From: Candidatus Poribacteria bacterium
GTDB taxonomy: Bacteria > Poribacteria > WGA-4E > GCA-2687025
Direction of reading: 5' to 3'
Assembly (NCBI GenBank): GCA_963665845.2
Contig: OY762492.1
Location: 864,001 to 928,000, forward strand
DNA: 64,000 nt
Made by a program: the position numbers and the translations under genes. Shown here piece after piece: positions 38,209 through 47,321 of the stretch; the first letter of the stretch is position 1, and each line of letters starts with the position of its first letter. The notes beneath the pieces were generated by a model. That model saw only the letters and a program-made list of their open reading frames with translations. It did not search any database and was not told where the DNA came from.

Positions 38209-38571
38209 GTCATTCCCGCGTAAGCGGGAATCCAGAGGCGACCCCGAAACCGTTTGCTGTCTGAACTAAGATTTGCATGATTGAAAAGATTGCCAGGAGA
38301 ATTGTTGAAAACCGACATGCCACCCACACGACATGCCTGCATCTCAAAATTCTATAAATCCTGAAAATCCTAGTTCAGAACCAAGCGCAACCCGCGCCGC
38401 GCCCCTCTCCTCGTCATTCCCGCGCAAGCGGGAATCTTAAGGCATCGCAGCCGCCGCGCCCGTCCCTTAAACCCCCCCTAGCCCCTCTTTTCAAGGGGGA
38501 ATCCGACGCGGCCCCCTTTTTCAAGGAAAATCCAACGCTTCGCCGAAAACATCCCGTATGAGCGTACTGCC
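38209..38571 (+). repeat. Intergenic mosaic: two CGTC palindromes, C-rich hairpin and GTATGAGCGTAC module
   Basis: Palindromes at 38209-38232 and 38413-38436, hairpin at about 38469-38503, module at about 38551-38571. Confidence 0.85.
38260..38379. mobile_element. AT-rich 120-bp element with imperfect ~24-bp terminal inverted repeats (possible second MITE family)
   Basis: TCTGAACTAAGATTTGCATGATT...AATCCTGAAAATCCTAGTTCAGA, visibly lower in GC than its flanks. Single copy in the window. Confidence 0.55.
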
Positions 38572-38583
38572 CTTCCGTTTCGG

Positions 38584-38612
38584 TTGACGCGCGGCGCTGC
38601 CCAATATATGCT
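38584..38612 (+). promoter_or_regulatory. Putative sigma-70 promoter
   Basis: TTGACG-17 nt-TATGCT. Confidence 0.55.
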
Positions 38613-38653
38613 AACGTCGTTGAAAGGAGCGGCGGTTGAGCGGCGGTCGAACG

Positions 38654-39907
38654 ATGCGCATCGGTCTTGTCGGCGTCGGCATGTTCGGCGGGGATGTGCA
38701 TCTGCGTACATACGCCGACCTGGTTCGCAGCGGCATCGCGCCGTATCTGGGGCGGCTGGCGATGGATGAGCATGCGCGCTCTTTTGCGGACATTCGCTTT
38801 GAGCTGTGCGCCGCCGCCGCAAGAACTGAAGAAAGCGCCCAGCGCGCCGCGGACACTTTCCATGCCTGGACAGGAAAGCGGCCCGCCTCCTTTTTTGGAG
38901 AAACGCCTTGGGAGCCGATGCTGGACGCCTTCCCCGACCTCGACATGCTCGCCGTTGCGACGCCCGATCATCTCCACGCGCCGCCCGCTCTCCATGCGCT
39001 CAACCGCGGCGTCCATGTCATCCTTGAAAAGCCGATGACGCTCCGCATGAGCGAGGCGGACGACATACTGAACGCCGCCCGATCCAACAGCCGCATCGTC
39101 GGAATGGACATGCATAAGCGTTACGACCCCGACCATCTGCGCGTCTTCAACGTCTTGATGGAGCAGATTGGGCAGCCGCTTTTTGGGCGCGCCGTTCTTG
39201 AGGAGCCGCTGGAGGTTTCCACAAAAACCTTCAAATGGGCGGCGCAGAGCGACCCGTTCAGCTATGTCGGCGTTCACTGGACGGATCTGTTCATCCATTA
39301 CTGGCGCGTCAAGCCGCGGTCCGTCTTCGCGGTCGGGCAGAAGGCGAAACTGGTTGGCGAATACAACATTGACGCCTACGACGCCGTCCAGGTGAGCGTC
39401 CTGTTTGACAACGGCGCGCATGTGCAGTTCAACAACCACTGGATTCTCCCCCCCGACTTTGAAGGTCCCGTCAACCAAGAGAGCGAAATTTTAGGTACGC
39501 GCGGCAAGATCGAATCGGACAGCCAAGACCGCGGCCTGCGCTATTTCGTTGAAGGCGGAGGAACGCGCACCGCCAACACCCACATGACGCGCCAGATACA
39601 ACGCGCGGACGGCTCCGAGGCGACGGTCGGATACGGAAAAGACAGCCTCATCGCATGCGTCGCCGCCGTCGCGCGGCATAAGTTCAACGGCGAAACGATC
39701 CGCTCTTTAAAAGGAACCTACCCCGACGGCGAGGATGGACGGCTCTCCGTCGCCATCGTCGAAGCGGCGCGGGAGACACGCGACCTGAATTTCCGCCATT
39801 TCAAAGACGGAAATGGAACGCCCGCGACGGCGCTTCTGAACGAAGAGGGCATTTTGATATACGACCCGATCGGCGGAAACCGCCGCGTCTACGGCGGAAA
39901 GATATGA
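38654..39907 (+). CDS. Gfo/Idh/MocA family oxidoreductase
   Basis: MRIGLVGVG, VATPDHLH, LEKPM and HKRYDP motifs. Confidence 0.88.
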   Translation: MRIGLVGVGMFGGDVHLRTYADLVRSGIAPYLGRLAMDEHARSFADIRFELCAAAARTEESAQRAADTFHAWTGKRPASFFGETPWEPMLDAFPDLDMLAVATPDHLHAPPALHALNRGVHVILEKPMTLRMSEADDILNAARSNSRIVGMDMHKRYDPDHLRVFNVLMEQIGQPLFGRAVLEEPLEVSTKTFKWAAQSDPFSYVGVHWTDLFIHYWRVKPRSVFAVGQKAKLVGEYNIDAYDAVQVSVLFDNGAHVQFNNHWILPPDFEGPVNQESEILGTRGKIESDSQDRGLRYFVEGGGTRTANTHMTRQIQRADGSEATVGYGKDSLIACVAAVARHKFNGETIRSLKGTYPDGEDGRLSVAIVEAARETRDLNFRHFKDGNGTPATALLNEEGILIYDPIGGNRRVYGGKI

Positions 39908-41187
39908 GCATGCGTCCGCGCGAACCGAAATCGGACGCGGCGCGGGAAAAGCTGCGCCGTTATGTGCCGCTCGGACATAAAACCTACACGCCGTCGCAGC
40001 TGGTCGTTCAACGGGCGGAGGGCTGCTGGATGGAAACGCCGGAAGGGCGCCGCCTGATCGATTTCACATCGGGCGTCTTGGCGGCGAATCTGGGTCATGG
40101 GCATGCGGCGTTTGAGGAGGCGTTCGCCCGCTACACACAAGGCGCGCCGCGCAACTGTTACAACGCGGTATCGCCCCTTGAGCCGTTAGCGGCGGAACGG
40201 TTGATCGCCAACATGAACTCCCCCAAAATGCAGAAAGTTCTCTGGGCGGATTCAGGCTCGGCGGGCGTTATCAAAGCGATCTGGTGCGCCCAGCATGCGC
40301 GTCCAGACAGGCGGCTCATCTTGGCGACGCGGGACGGCTTCCATGGCAAAAAGGGTCTCGCGGGCGACGTCACCGGCGACACGAGCCAGAACCCGGATGT
40401 CGTCTTCATCTCCTTCCCGCGCAAAGAGGCGTACGACATCGACATGCTCCCGCAAACGGAGGCGCAGGCGGAAATGCTCATCAAGCCGTACCGCGCCGAG
40501 CTGGAGCGCGTCCAGCAGGAACGCGGCAATCCGCTGCTGCTCATCACCGAGCCGTATCTGGGGGCGGCGGGGTCGTTTCATCCGCCCTTTTGGCATCTGA
40601 AACTGCTGTCCGAATGGTGCGCCGAAAACGATGTCCTCTTCATTTTAGACGAGGTGCAGTCATGCCACGGACGGACAGGCGAGATGTATGCTTATCAACG
40701 GTATGGAATCGACCCGGACATCGTTGTGTTGGGAAAAGGGTTAGGGAACGGGGAGCCGGTCGCGGCGGTCGTCGGCAGATCCGACCTGCTCGATTCGTTG
40801 AAATACGGCGAAGCGTCCGACACGTTCAGCGGCAACCCGCGCGCCTGCGCCGCGGTCTTGTCCGCGCTGGATGTTTTTGAAACGGAGCCTGTTTTGGAAA
40901 ATTGCCGGCGCATGTCGAAGCGGATGAAGGCGGGTCTCTGCGCCTTGCGGGATGAGTTTGACGCGGCGCGCGCCGTGCGCGGCGAGGGGCTTGTCTGGGG
41001 ACTGGAGATGCGCAGCGCCGCCGACGCCGAAAAAGCGGTTCTAGAATGTTACCGAGAAGGGCTGCATCTGCTCGGTCCGCTGGCAGGCAAAACGCTGCGC
41101 GTGTCGCCGCCGCTGGTCATCTCGGAGGCGGAACTGGACGAAGGGCTGGCGCGGATGCGGCGCGGATTGTCGGCGCTTCAAGCATGA
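39904..41187 (+). CDS. Class III PLP-dependent aminotransferase
   Basis: IDFTSG...NLGHGH, GFHG, DEVQSCHGRTG and PDIVVLGKGLG motifs. ATGA overlap with the upstream gene. Confidence 0.9.
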   Translation: MSMRPREPKSDAAREKLRRYVPLGHKTYTPSQLVVQRAEGCWMETPEGRRLIDFTSGVLAANLGHGHAAFEEAFARYTQGAPRNCYNAVSPLEPLAAERLIANMNSPKMQKVLWADSGSAGVIKAIWCAQHARPDRRLILATRDGFHGKKGLAGDVTGDTSQNPDVVFISFPRKEAYDIDMLPQTEAQAEMLIKPYRAELERVQQERGNPLLLITEPYLGAAGSFHPPFWHLKLLSEWCAENDVLFILDEVQSCHGRTGEMYAYQRYGIDPDIVVLGKGLGNGEPVAAVVGRSDLLDSLKYGEASDTFSGNPRACAAVLSALDVFETEPVLENCRRMSKRMKAGLCALRDEFDAARAVRGEGLVWGLEMRSAADAEKAVLECYREGLHLLGPLAGKTLRVSPPLVISEAELDEGLARMRRGLSALQA

Positions 41188-41202
41188 AAGGAGCGGAGCC
41201 GT

Positions 41203-41970
41203 ATGGATGAACAGCCGAAACGGACGCTTTCCGAGGCGTTTCAACGGCTTGCCGACATCATCGAACTTCTGCGCGCGCCCGATGGCTGTCCGTGGGACCG
41301 AGAGCAGACGCATGATTCTCTTCAACCGTATCTGATCGAAGAGGCGCATGAAGCGGCGGAGGCGATCGACGATGGAAACATAGGCGCGCTGGAGGAGGAG
41401 CTGGGCGACCTGTTGACGCTCATCGCGCTGCATGCGCAGATCGCCGCGGAGGCGGGGCAGTTTAACCTGTTGAGCCTCATAAACAAAAACAACGCGAAAC
41501 TGATTCGGCGGCATGCCCATGTGTTCGGCGAACGGAAAGCGGAGACAGCTGCCGACGCGCTCAACAGCTGGGAGCGCGTCAAACGAAGCGAGCCTGGGTA
41601 TGAAAACCGCGCCAGCGCACTGGACGGCGTCCCGAAAAGCTTGCCCGCGCTCATGGCGGCGGCGGCGCTTCAAAAGAAAGCGGCGCGCGCCGGCTTTGAA
41701 CGGCATGGCGGCTCTGAAATACGGTTGACGCTGAATGCCGATGATACGGTTGAAGAGGTTCAGAAAAAGATTGGAGAGGCGCTGTTTGAACTGGCAAGCG
41801 CCGCGCGGCTGTTGGGGGTTGACCCTGAAGCGGCGCTGCGGCAAGCGAATGCGCAGTTTCAACGCCGATTCCGCGACGTAGAAAAAATGCAAGACGATGC
41901 GGAGAGAGAAGACGCCTCCTTTGCGGAACTATGGAGACGCGCTGAGGAAGGCGGGGGAAATGCGGATTAA
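41203..41970 (+). CDS. mazG: Nucleoside triphosphate pyrophosphohydrolase MazG
   Basis: DGCPWDREQT, YLIEEAHE, EELGDLL and KLIRRHAHVF motifs. The second domain is degenerate. Confidence 0.88.
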   Translation: MDEQPKRTLSEAFQRLADIIELLRAPDGCPWDREQTHDSLQPYLIEEAHEAAEAIDDGNIGALEEELGDLLTLIALHAQIAAEAGQFNLLSLINKNNAKLIRRHAHVFGERKAETAADALNSWERVKRSEPGYENRASALDGVPKSLPALMAAAALQKKAARAGFERHGGSEIRLTLNADDTVEEVQKKIGEALFELASAARLLGVDPEAALRQANAQFQRRFRDVEKMQDDAEREDASFAELWRRAEEGGGNAD

Positions 41971-43585
41971 ACGGCTTCTCATGACCGCGCTCATCGCGTC
42001 GGCGTTGAGCGGCTGCGGCGGAGAGGTTGAACCGCCTGAAACGCCGCCGCTGCGTTTTGTGGAAACGGCGCGCGAGGCGGGCATCGACTTCGTCTCCGAA
42101 TACCGCGACGGACAGCTGGACATGCTGCCCGAGACGATGGGCGGCGGCGCCGCATGGCTCGACTACGACAACGACAGCGACTGTGACCTTTACATCACAA
42201 CCGGAAGCGGACACCCGAACGCGCTCTACCAAAACAACGGCGACGGAACCTTCAACGAAATCGGCGAACAAGCGGGCGTTGACAGCCTCGCGCTCAGCAT
42301 GGGAGCCGTCGCGGCCGACTACAACGGCGACGGATGGACAGACCTGTTCATCACAACCTACGGCGGCGCCGACATCCTCTACCAAAACAACGGCGACGGA
42401 ACCTTCACCGACAAGGCGGCGGAAGCGGGCGTCGAAGGCGGGGCGGACGACTGGGGCGCCTCCGCCGCCTGGGCAGATTTTGACAACGACGGCGACCTAG
42501 ACCTGTATGTCGCCCGCTATCTCCTTTTTAACGAGGAGGAAGCGGACTATACGTTGTATCCTGCGGAGGATGAGAACTACCCGGCGACGCTCAACCCCTA
42601 CCTGTATCCGCCCCAAGCGAACGCGCTTTACCGCAACGACGGCGGGGGGCGGTTCGCCGAGATCGCCGAGCAAGCGGGCGTGTCGAACCCGGAAGGAAAA
42701 AGCCTCGGCGTCATTTTTTGCGACTACGACAACGATGGCGACCTAGATCTGTTCGTCGCCAACGATGTGTCGGTCAACGTTCTGTTTAAAAACAACGGCG
42801 GCGCCTTTGAGAATGTCTCCTTCCTGACAGGGATGGACGATCCGAGACAAGGCATGGGCATCGACTTCGGCGATTTTGACAACGACGGCGACTTCGACCT
42901 GTTCGCAACCTACTGGATCGATGAAATGAACGGCTTCTTCCGCAACAACGCGATCCGCAAAGACGCCCCGCCCTCCGACAGCTTCGACGACATCGCGCCG
43001 GAGATTGGGCTGGGCGCGCCGAGCGTCGGCTTCACCGGCTGGGGAACCGTCTTCGCCGACTTCGACCTGGACGGCGACCTGGACCTGTTCGCCGCCAACG
43101 GACACACCAGCCCCGGGCCGGAAGATGCCTATGTTTGCGAGGCGCAGCGGGCGCAGGTTTTTCGAAACGACGGCGGACGCTATACCGAAACGCCTGAAGC
43201 GCTTTCCTTCAACGAATGGGGGGCGGGGCGCGGTCTCGCCGCCGCGGACTATGACAACGACGGCGACGAGGACATTCTGATTGTTCAAAACAACGGGCGC
43301 GTTTTGCTTTTTAGAAACGAAAGCGGCGGCTGGAGCCGATGCGTGAAGGTTCAAGCGCCGGTCGGTTCCCGTATCCAAGCGCGTGTCGGAGGCAGGCAGG
43401 TTGAAGCGGAGATACGCGCCGGCTCCAGTTATCTTTCAACGAACGCGCCGGAAATGCTGATTGCGGTTCCGCCGGGCGGCGTTGTGGAGGAGATCAAATG
43501 TCGGGGCGAATCGTTGAAGCGTACGCCTGCGGGCAGCGTTGCGGCGTTCTATGCGGACGGGCGGAAACCGTCTGTCAAAAAATGA
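41960..43585 (+). CDS. FG-GAP/VCBS repeat lipoprotein, CRTAC1/ASPIC-UnbV family
   Basis: LSGC lipobox, repeated D-(Y/F)-D-N-D-G-D-x-D motifs and C-terminal AGSSYLS. Confidence 0.88.
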   Translation: MRIKRLLMTALIASALSGCGGEVEPPETPPLRFVETAREAGIDFVSEYRDGQLDMLPETMGGGAAWLDYDNDSDCDLYITTGSGHPNALYQNNGDGTFNEIGEQAGVDSLALSMGAVAADYNGDGWTDLFITTYGGADILYQNNGDGTFTDKAAEAGVEGGADDWGASAAWADFDNDGDLDLYVARYLLFNEEEADYTLYPAEDENYPATLNPYLYPPQANALYRNDGGGRFAEIAEQAGVSNPEGKSLGVIFCDYDNDGDLDLFVANDVSVNVLFKNNGGAFENVSFLTGMDDPRQGMGIDFGDFDNDGDFDLFATYWIDEMNGFFRNNAIRKDAPPSDSFDDIAPEIGLGAPSVGFTGWGTVFADFDLDGDLDLFAANGHTSPGPEDAYVCEAQRAQVFRNDGGRYTETPEALSFNEWGAGRGLAAADYDNDGDEDILIVQNNGRVLLFRNESGGWSRCVKVQAPVGSRIQARVGGRQVEAEIRAGSSYLSTNAPEMLIAVPPGGVVEEIKCRGESLKRTPAGSVAAFYADGRKPSVKK

Positions 43586-43620
43586 GCAGACGCCGGCATT
43601 CAAACGAACGGAGAACTCAA

Positions 43621-45117
43621 ATGCGCTGGCTTCAAAACCTCCCGCAAACCTCTCGCAAACTTTGGAACGAAAGGCCCGGCCCCGCTCTTGCGGCGGCCGC
43701 GCTCCTCGCGCTGGCGTCGCTCCTCATCTTAGGTTTCATCATCGCCGACTCGCAAGAGGAAGGCGAACATGAACTGATCAAGATCCTACGAACCCAATCG
43801 GAAATCGCCCAGCGCGAAGGGGAGCAAACGTCCGATGAAACCTCAACAAACGCTCCAAACCCCGACCCAACAGACGCCTCAAACCCGAAGGACAGAACCC
43901 TCGACGAATGGACGGAGCTCGCCGCAAAAAGATCGCTCACACAGGATGAATATTACGGGGAGATTGTGAACGGGTACCCCGCGACAAGCGGCACAGCCTT
44001 CAGCAAGGTGGCTGTCATCATCGACAGCGAGGATTATTACATTGGTCCCCAAACGGCGGAAGCCCTGATGGTCTATGTGAACCTGTATCCGGGTAGGCGC
44101 GGCGAATATGACGGTCTCAAGGCGCATTTTCAGCGCATGCTGGACCGCGGCGTCGTGTTTCAAGATGGAAGGGACATTGGCTATTACGGAATGCAATTGT
44201 GGGGCCAGATGCAAAACGCCCGTAAGTCCACTTTCGCCAAAGACATTTTTGAGATGTACGGCGCCCCTAAAGGAAACTGGGCGGCTCTGGACGAGGCGAT
44301 GATTGAACATGCGTTGAAAACCGTCCCAATCCGAAAAGAGCAGTATCGACACCATTTCCAGACCGGCGAAGGCACCGTGAATCTCATGATTGATCCCGAC
44401 AACGAACAGATTCACATGTCCGTGGTCAGCGGTGAGAACCGCAAGCCGTTCACAGATGAGGAGACGTATGCAATGGCGCACTACGGAATCGCGCCAAAGG
44501 GGTACCGCCTCCGAATTGTGAAAGATCTTTTTTACAAGGAAAAGCTCCCGCCCGACCAGGTTCCGTTTTTCAACGAGAGACAGTATGTCAAAGACCTGAG
44601 CCGAGAGGGGCTGAACGCTCTGCTGAAAGGAATCCCTTCGCTGATGAGCCGGCCGGAAGCGCAGGACTATAGCGATGTGGATTGGCTGTCCATGGCGGGC
44701 AGATACGAGGCGGCTCTGGAGGAGCTGGCGTCGCGCGGGTATGTGCCGGAGCCGTTTGCAAATCTTCAGCCGTCCGCCCCTTCTCTGTCGGGCGCCATCC
44801 GTTCTGCCGCCCGGCCTGATGCGCCGGGCCCGCCTGTTGAACAGCGCAAGCCGACGCCGACGCCGACGCCGATAGAGGCGCGGGACGAAGCGGCGCTGGA
44901 GAGAGAGGCGCAGAAGCGGCGCGTCGCCGAAGCGTTTTTAAACGCGCTGGAGAGAGAGGCGGAGAAGGCAAAGATCACGCCGGAAGACAGGTCGCTGATT
45001 GCCCGGCGGCTTCGGGAGCTGCGGTTGCTGCGCAATCCTGACCTGTTGAAACCGCCGGCTCCGCCTTCGTCAGCGCCTCCTTCGTCGGAGGATGACTCGG
45101 AAGACGACGAGTCCTGA
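43621..45117 (+). CDS. Hypothetical membrane-anchored protein
   Basis: GGAG RBS, one N-terminal TM helix, Pro-rich and acidic C-terminus. No recognised motif. Confidence 0.65.
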   Translation: MRWLQNLPQTSRKLWNERPGPALAAAALLALASLLILGFIIADSQEEGEHELIKILRTQSEIAQREGEQTSDETSTNAPNPDPTDASNPKDRTLDEWTELAAKRSLTQDEYYGEIVNGYPATSGTAFSKVAVIIDSEDYYIGPQTAEALMVYVNLYPGRRGEYDGLKAHFQRMLDRGVVFQDGRDIGYYGMQLWGQMQNARKSTFAKDIFEMYGAPKGNWAALDEAMIEHALKTVPIRKEQYRHHFQTGEGTVNLMIDPDNEQIHMSVVSGENRKPFTDEETYAMAHYGIAPKGYRLRIVKDLFYKEKLPPDQVPFFNERQYVKDLSREGLNALLKGIPSLMSRPEAQDYSDVDWLSMAGRYEAALEELASRGYVPEPFANLQPSAPSLSGAIRSAARPDAPGPPVEQRKPTPTPTPIEARDEAALEREAQKRRVAEAFLNALEREAEKAKITPEDRSLIARRLRELRLLRNPDLLKPPAPPSSAPPSSEDDSEDDES

Positions 45118-45137
45118 TTCAACCGAACCTCTTGCCG

Positions 45138-45176
45138 AAAGCGCGCATGGCGTTTGTCATGCGCGCTTTTGTGTTT
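45138..45176 (+). terminator. Probable intrinsic terminator
   Basis: AAAGCGCGCATG-GCGTTTGT-CATGCGCGCTTT-TGTGTTT. Confidence 0.65.
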
Positions 45177-45181
45177 CGCCT

Positions 45182-45275
45182 GCGGGGAAGCGGGGGCGAT
45201 CTGGTTGGCGGAGCCTTTTTCGCTGGTCATCGCGGTTCTTTCGTCACGACGCCCCTACTTTACGCATGAGGTCAG
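45182..45275 (-). repeat. Degenerate MITE left-arm remnant
   Basis: GGAAGCGGGGGCGATCTGGTTGGCGG..CTTTTTC and terminal CCCTACTTTACGCATGAGGTCAG. Confidence 0.7.
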
Positions 45276-45284
45276 AATTGACGT

Positions 45285-45313
45285 TTGACAAATGCCGCTA
45301 AACGACGCATGAT
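45285..45313 (+). promoter_or_regulatory. Putative sigma-70 promoter of recA
   Basis: TTGACA-17 nt-CATGAT. Confidence 0.65.
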
Positions 45314-45343
45314 AACGTGTCGCAGCGAATTGAAAGGATAAAT

Positions 45344-46564
45344 ATGGCGCGCAAGAAACGAACGATCATCGAGCCTCCGACAGCGATTTCGGACGCGGAG
45401 CAGCGGGTTGAAGCGATCGACAACACCATATCGCAGATCGAAAAGCGGTACGGCAAGGGCGCGATCATGCGCCTGACCGACGAAAACATAGAGCCGATAG
45501 AGGTGGTGCCGACCGGCGCGCTGTCTCTCGATCTCGCCCTCGGCGTCGGCGGCGTTCCCCGCGGCCGCGTGGTGGAGATCTACGGACCCGAATCGTCCGG
45601 CAAGACGACCCTATGCCTGCATATTCTGGCGGAGGCGCAAAAAAGCGGCGGCACCGCGGCCTTTATTGACGCGGAGCATGCCTTCGACAGATTCTGGGCG
45701 AAGCGGGTCGGAGTTGACCTGGACTCGCTGCTGTTTTCGCAGCCGGACGACGCCGAGCAGTCGCTAGAGATCGTCGAGACGCTGGTGCGAAGCGGCGCTC
45801 TCGATTGCATTGTGGTTGACTCTGTGGCGGCGCTCGCCCCGCGCGCCGAGCTGGCGGGCGAAATGGGCGACTCGCATGTCGGTCTTGTGCCGCGCTTGAT
45901 GTCGCAGGCGCTGCGCAAACTGACCGCCGTCATCAGCAAATCGAAAACCTGCGTCATCTTTGTGAATCAGGTTCGGGAAAAGATCGGGATTCTCTTCGGC
46001 AACCCTGAAACGACGCCCGGCGGGCGCGCGTTGAAGTTTGCCGCTTCCGTCCGCATGGAGATACGCCGCGGCGAACCGATCAAAGAAGGCTCCGAAACGA
46101 TCGGCTACCGCACCAGCGTGCGCGTCATCAAAAACAAGGTCGCCCCGCCCTACACGCAGGCGGAATTCGACATGGAGTTTGCGGGCGGAATCCCCAAGGA
46201 AGGCTCCATTTTGGATGTGGCGGTGGAATACGATCTCGTTCAAAAGTCCGGCTCCTGGTACTCCTACAACGGCGAGCGCCTTGGACAGGGGCGCGAAAAC
46301 GCGAAGGCGTTTCTGCGGGGGAACCCGGAGGCGGCCGCGGCGATTGAAGCGAAGGCGCGCGAGGTGATCACAGCCGATCTGGTCGGCGCAAAGGCGGAAG
46401 AAAAAGCGCGCGCCGAATTTGAGGAACGGCTCAACACGCAGCCCGAACCCGTGAATCAGACGCCTCAAGAGGCGGAGCCTGCCCAGGAACCTGACGAGGA
46501 CATCAGCGACATCGATGATCTGGTCAACTCCATCGCCGAAACGCAGGCAGAAACGGACGAATGA
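45344..46564 (+). CDS. recA: Recombinase A
   Basis: [25 protein letters not shown] and [14 protein letters not shown] motifs. Long acidic C-terminal tail. Confidence 0.98.
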   Translation: MARKKRTIIEPPTAISDAEQRVEAIDNTISQIEKRYGKGAIMRLTDENIEPIEVVPTGALSLDLALGVGGVPRGRVVEIYGPESSGKTTLCLHILAEAQKSGGTAAFIDAEHAFDRFWAKRVGVDLDSLLFSQPDDAEQSLEIVETLVRSGALDCIVVDSVAALAPRAELAGEMGDSHVGLVPRLMSQALRKLTAVISKSKTCVIFVNQVREKIGILFGNPETTPGGRALKFAASVRMEIRRGEPIKEGSETIGYRTSVRVIKNKVAPPYTQAEFDMEFAGGIPKEGSILDVAVEYDLVQKSGSWYSYNGERLGQGRENAKAFLRGNPEAAAAIEAKAREVITADLVGAKAEEKARAEFEERLNTQPEPVNQTPQEAEPAQEPDEDISDIDDLVNSIAETQAETDE

Positions 46565-46567
46565 AAA

Positions 46568-46770
46568 CTTAAGAAGACCAGCCGGCGTCCATTCTACCCA
46601 ACGTCATTCCCGCGCAAGCGGGAATCCAGAGGCGTCGCAGACAACATCTGCGTTCGCTGTCAGGTATGTCCCAACTCTAAGGGTAAGCTCTGGGAACCTT
46701 ATGCGCCGCAGACGCATGCCGACACGTCCCAACAGATGTAAAGTCAGCTTAAGAAGACTGCCCGGCGTCC
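46568..46770. repeat. Palindrome/MITE remnant bracketed by a 23-bp direct repeat of the infC 3' end
   Basis: CTTAAGAAGAC-NNN-CCGGCGTCC at 46568-46590 and 46748-46770. Palindrome at 46603-46626. TIR-like GTCCCAAC...GTAAAGTCAG ends at 46747. Confidence 0.75.
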
Positions 46771-47321
46771 GATTTGGGGCTTAGCTGAAGAGACAACTGG
46801 CGCCCTTCCATTTTGGGCGCCTGCTCAATCTCGGCGGCGTCTTCCAGAGATTCGGCAAACTTCATCAGAAGCTCCCGCCCCAGGTCAGGATGCACAATCT
46901 GCCCATGACGGCGGAAGAAGCTGACCGTAACGCGCACCTTGTTTCCCTGCCTCAGAAACTGCTCGGCGTGTCGAATGCGGTAGCTGATGTCATGCCGCGC
47001 CATGTTCTGTTTGAGCCGTATCTCTTTGATTTCAATGCGCTTCTGCGATTTGCGCGCCTGTTTCGCCTTCCGCTCCTGCTCATACTGGTATTTTCCGTAG
47101 TTCAGGATTCGGCAGACGGGCGGCTTTGCGTTCGGCGCCACCTCAACCAGGTCAAGCCCTTTTTCTTTTGCAATCTCAAGAGCCTGGCGCGGACGCATGA
47201 TGCCGAGCTGCGTTCCGTCCTCGTCGATCACGCGAACCTCGTACGCCTGGATGTGTTCATTTGTGCGGGCGCGCGCGTCCCGTTTTGAGCTGGACGAGCG
47301 CTGCGAACGGCTTCTTCTCAT
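46749..47321 (-). CDS. infC: Translation initiation factor IF-3
   Basis: NEHI...VRVIDEDG.QLG, LDLVEVAPNAKPPVCRI and KEIRL motifs. Confidence 0.95.
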   Translation of the reverse strand: MRRSRSQRSSSSKRDARARTNEHIQAYEVRVIDEDGTQLGIMRPRQALEIAKEKGLDLVEVAPNAKPPVCRILNYGKYQYEQERKAKQARKSQKRIEIKEIRLKQNMARHDISYRIRHAEQFLRQGNKVRVTVSFFRRHGQIVHPDLGRELLMKFAESLEDAAEIEQAPKMEGRQLSLQLSPKSDAGQSS

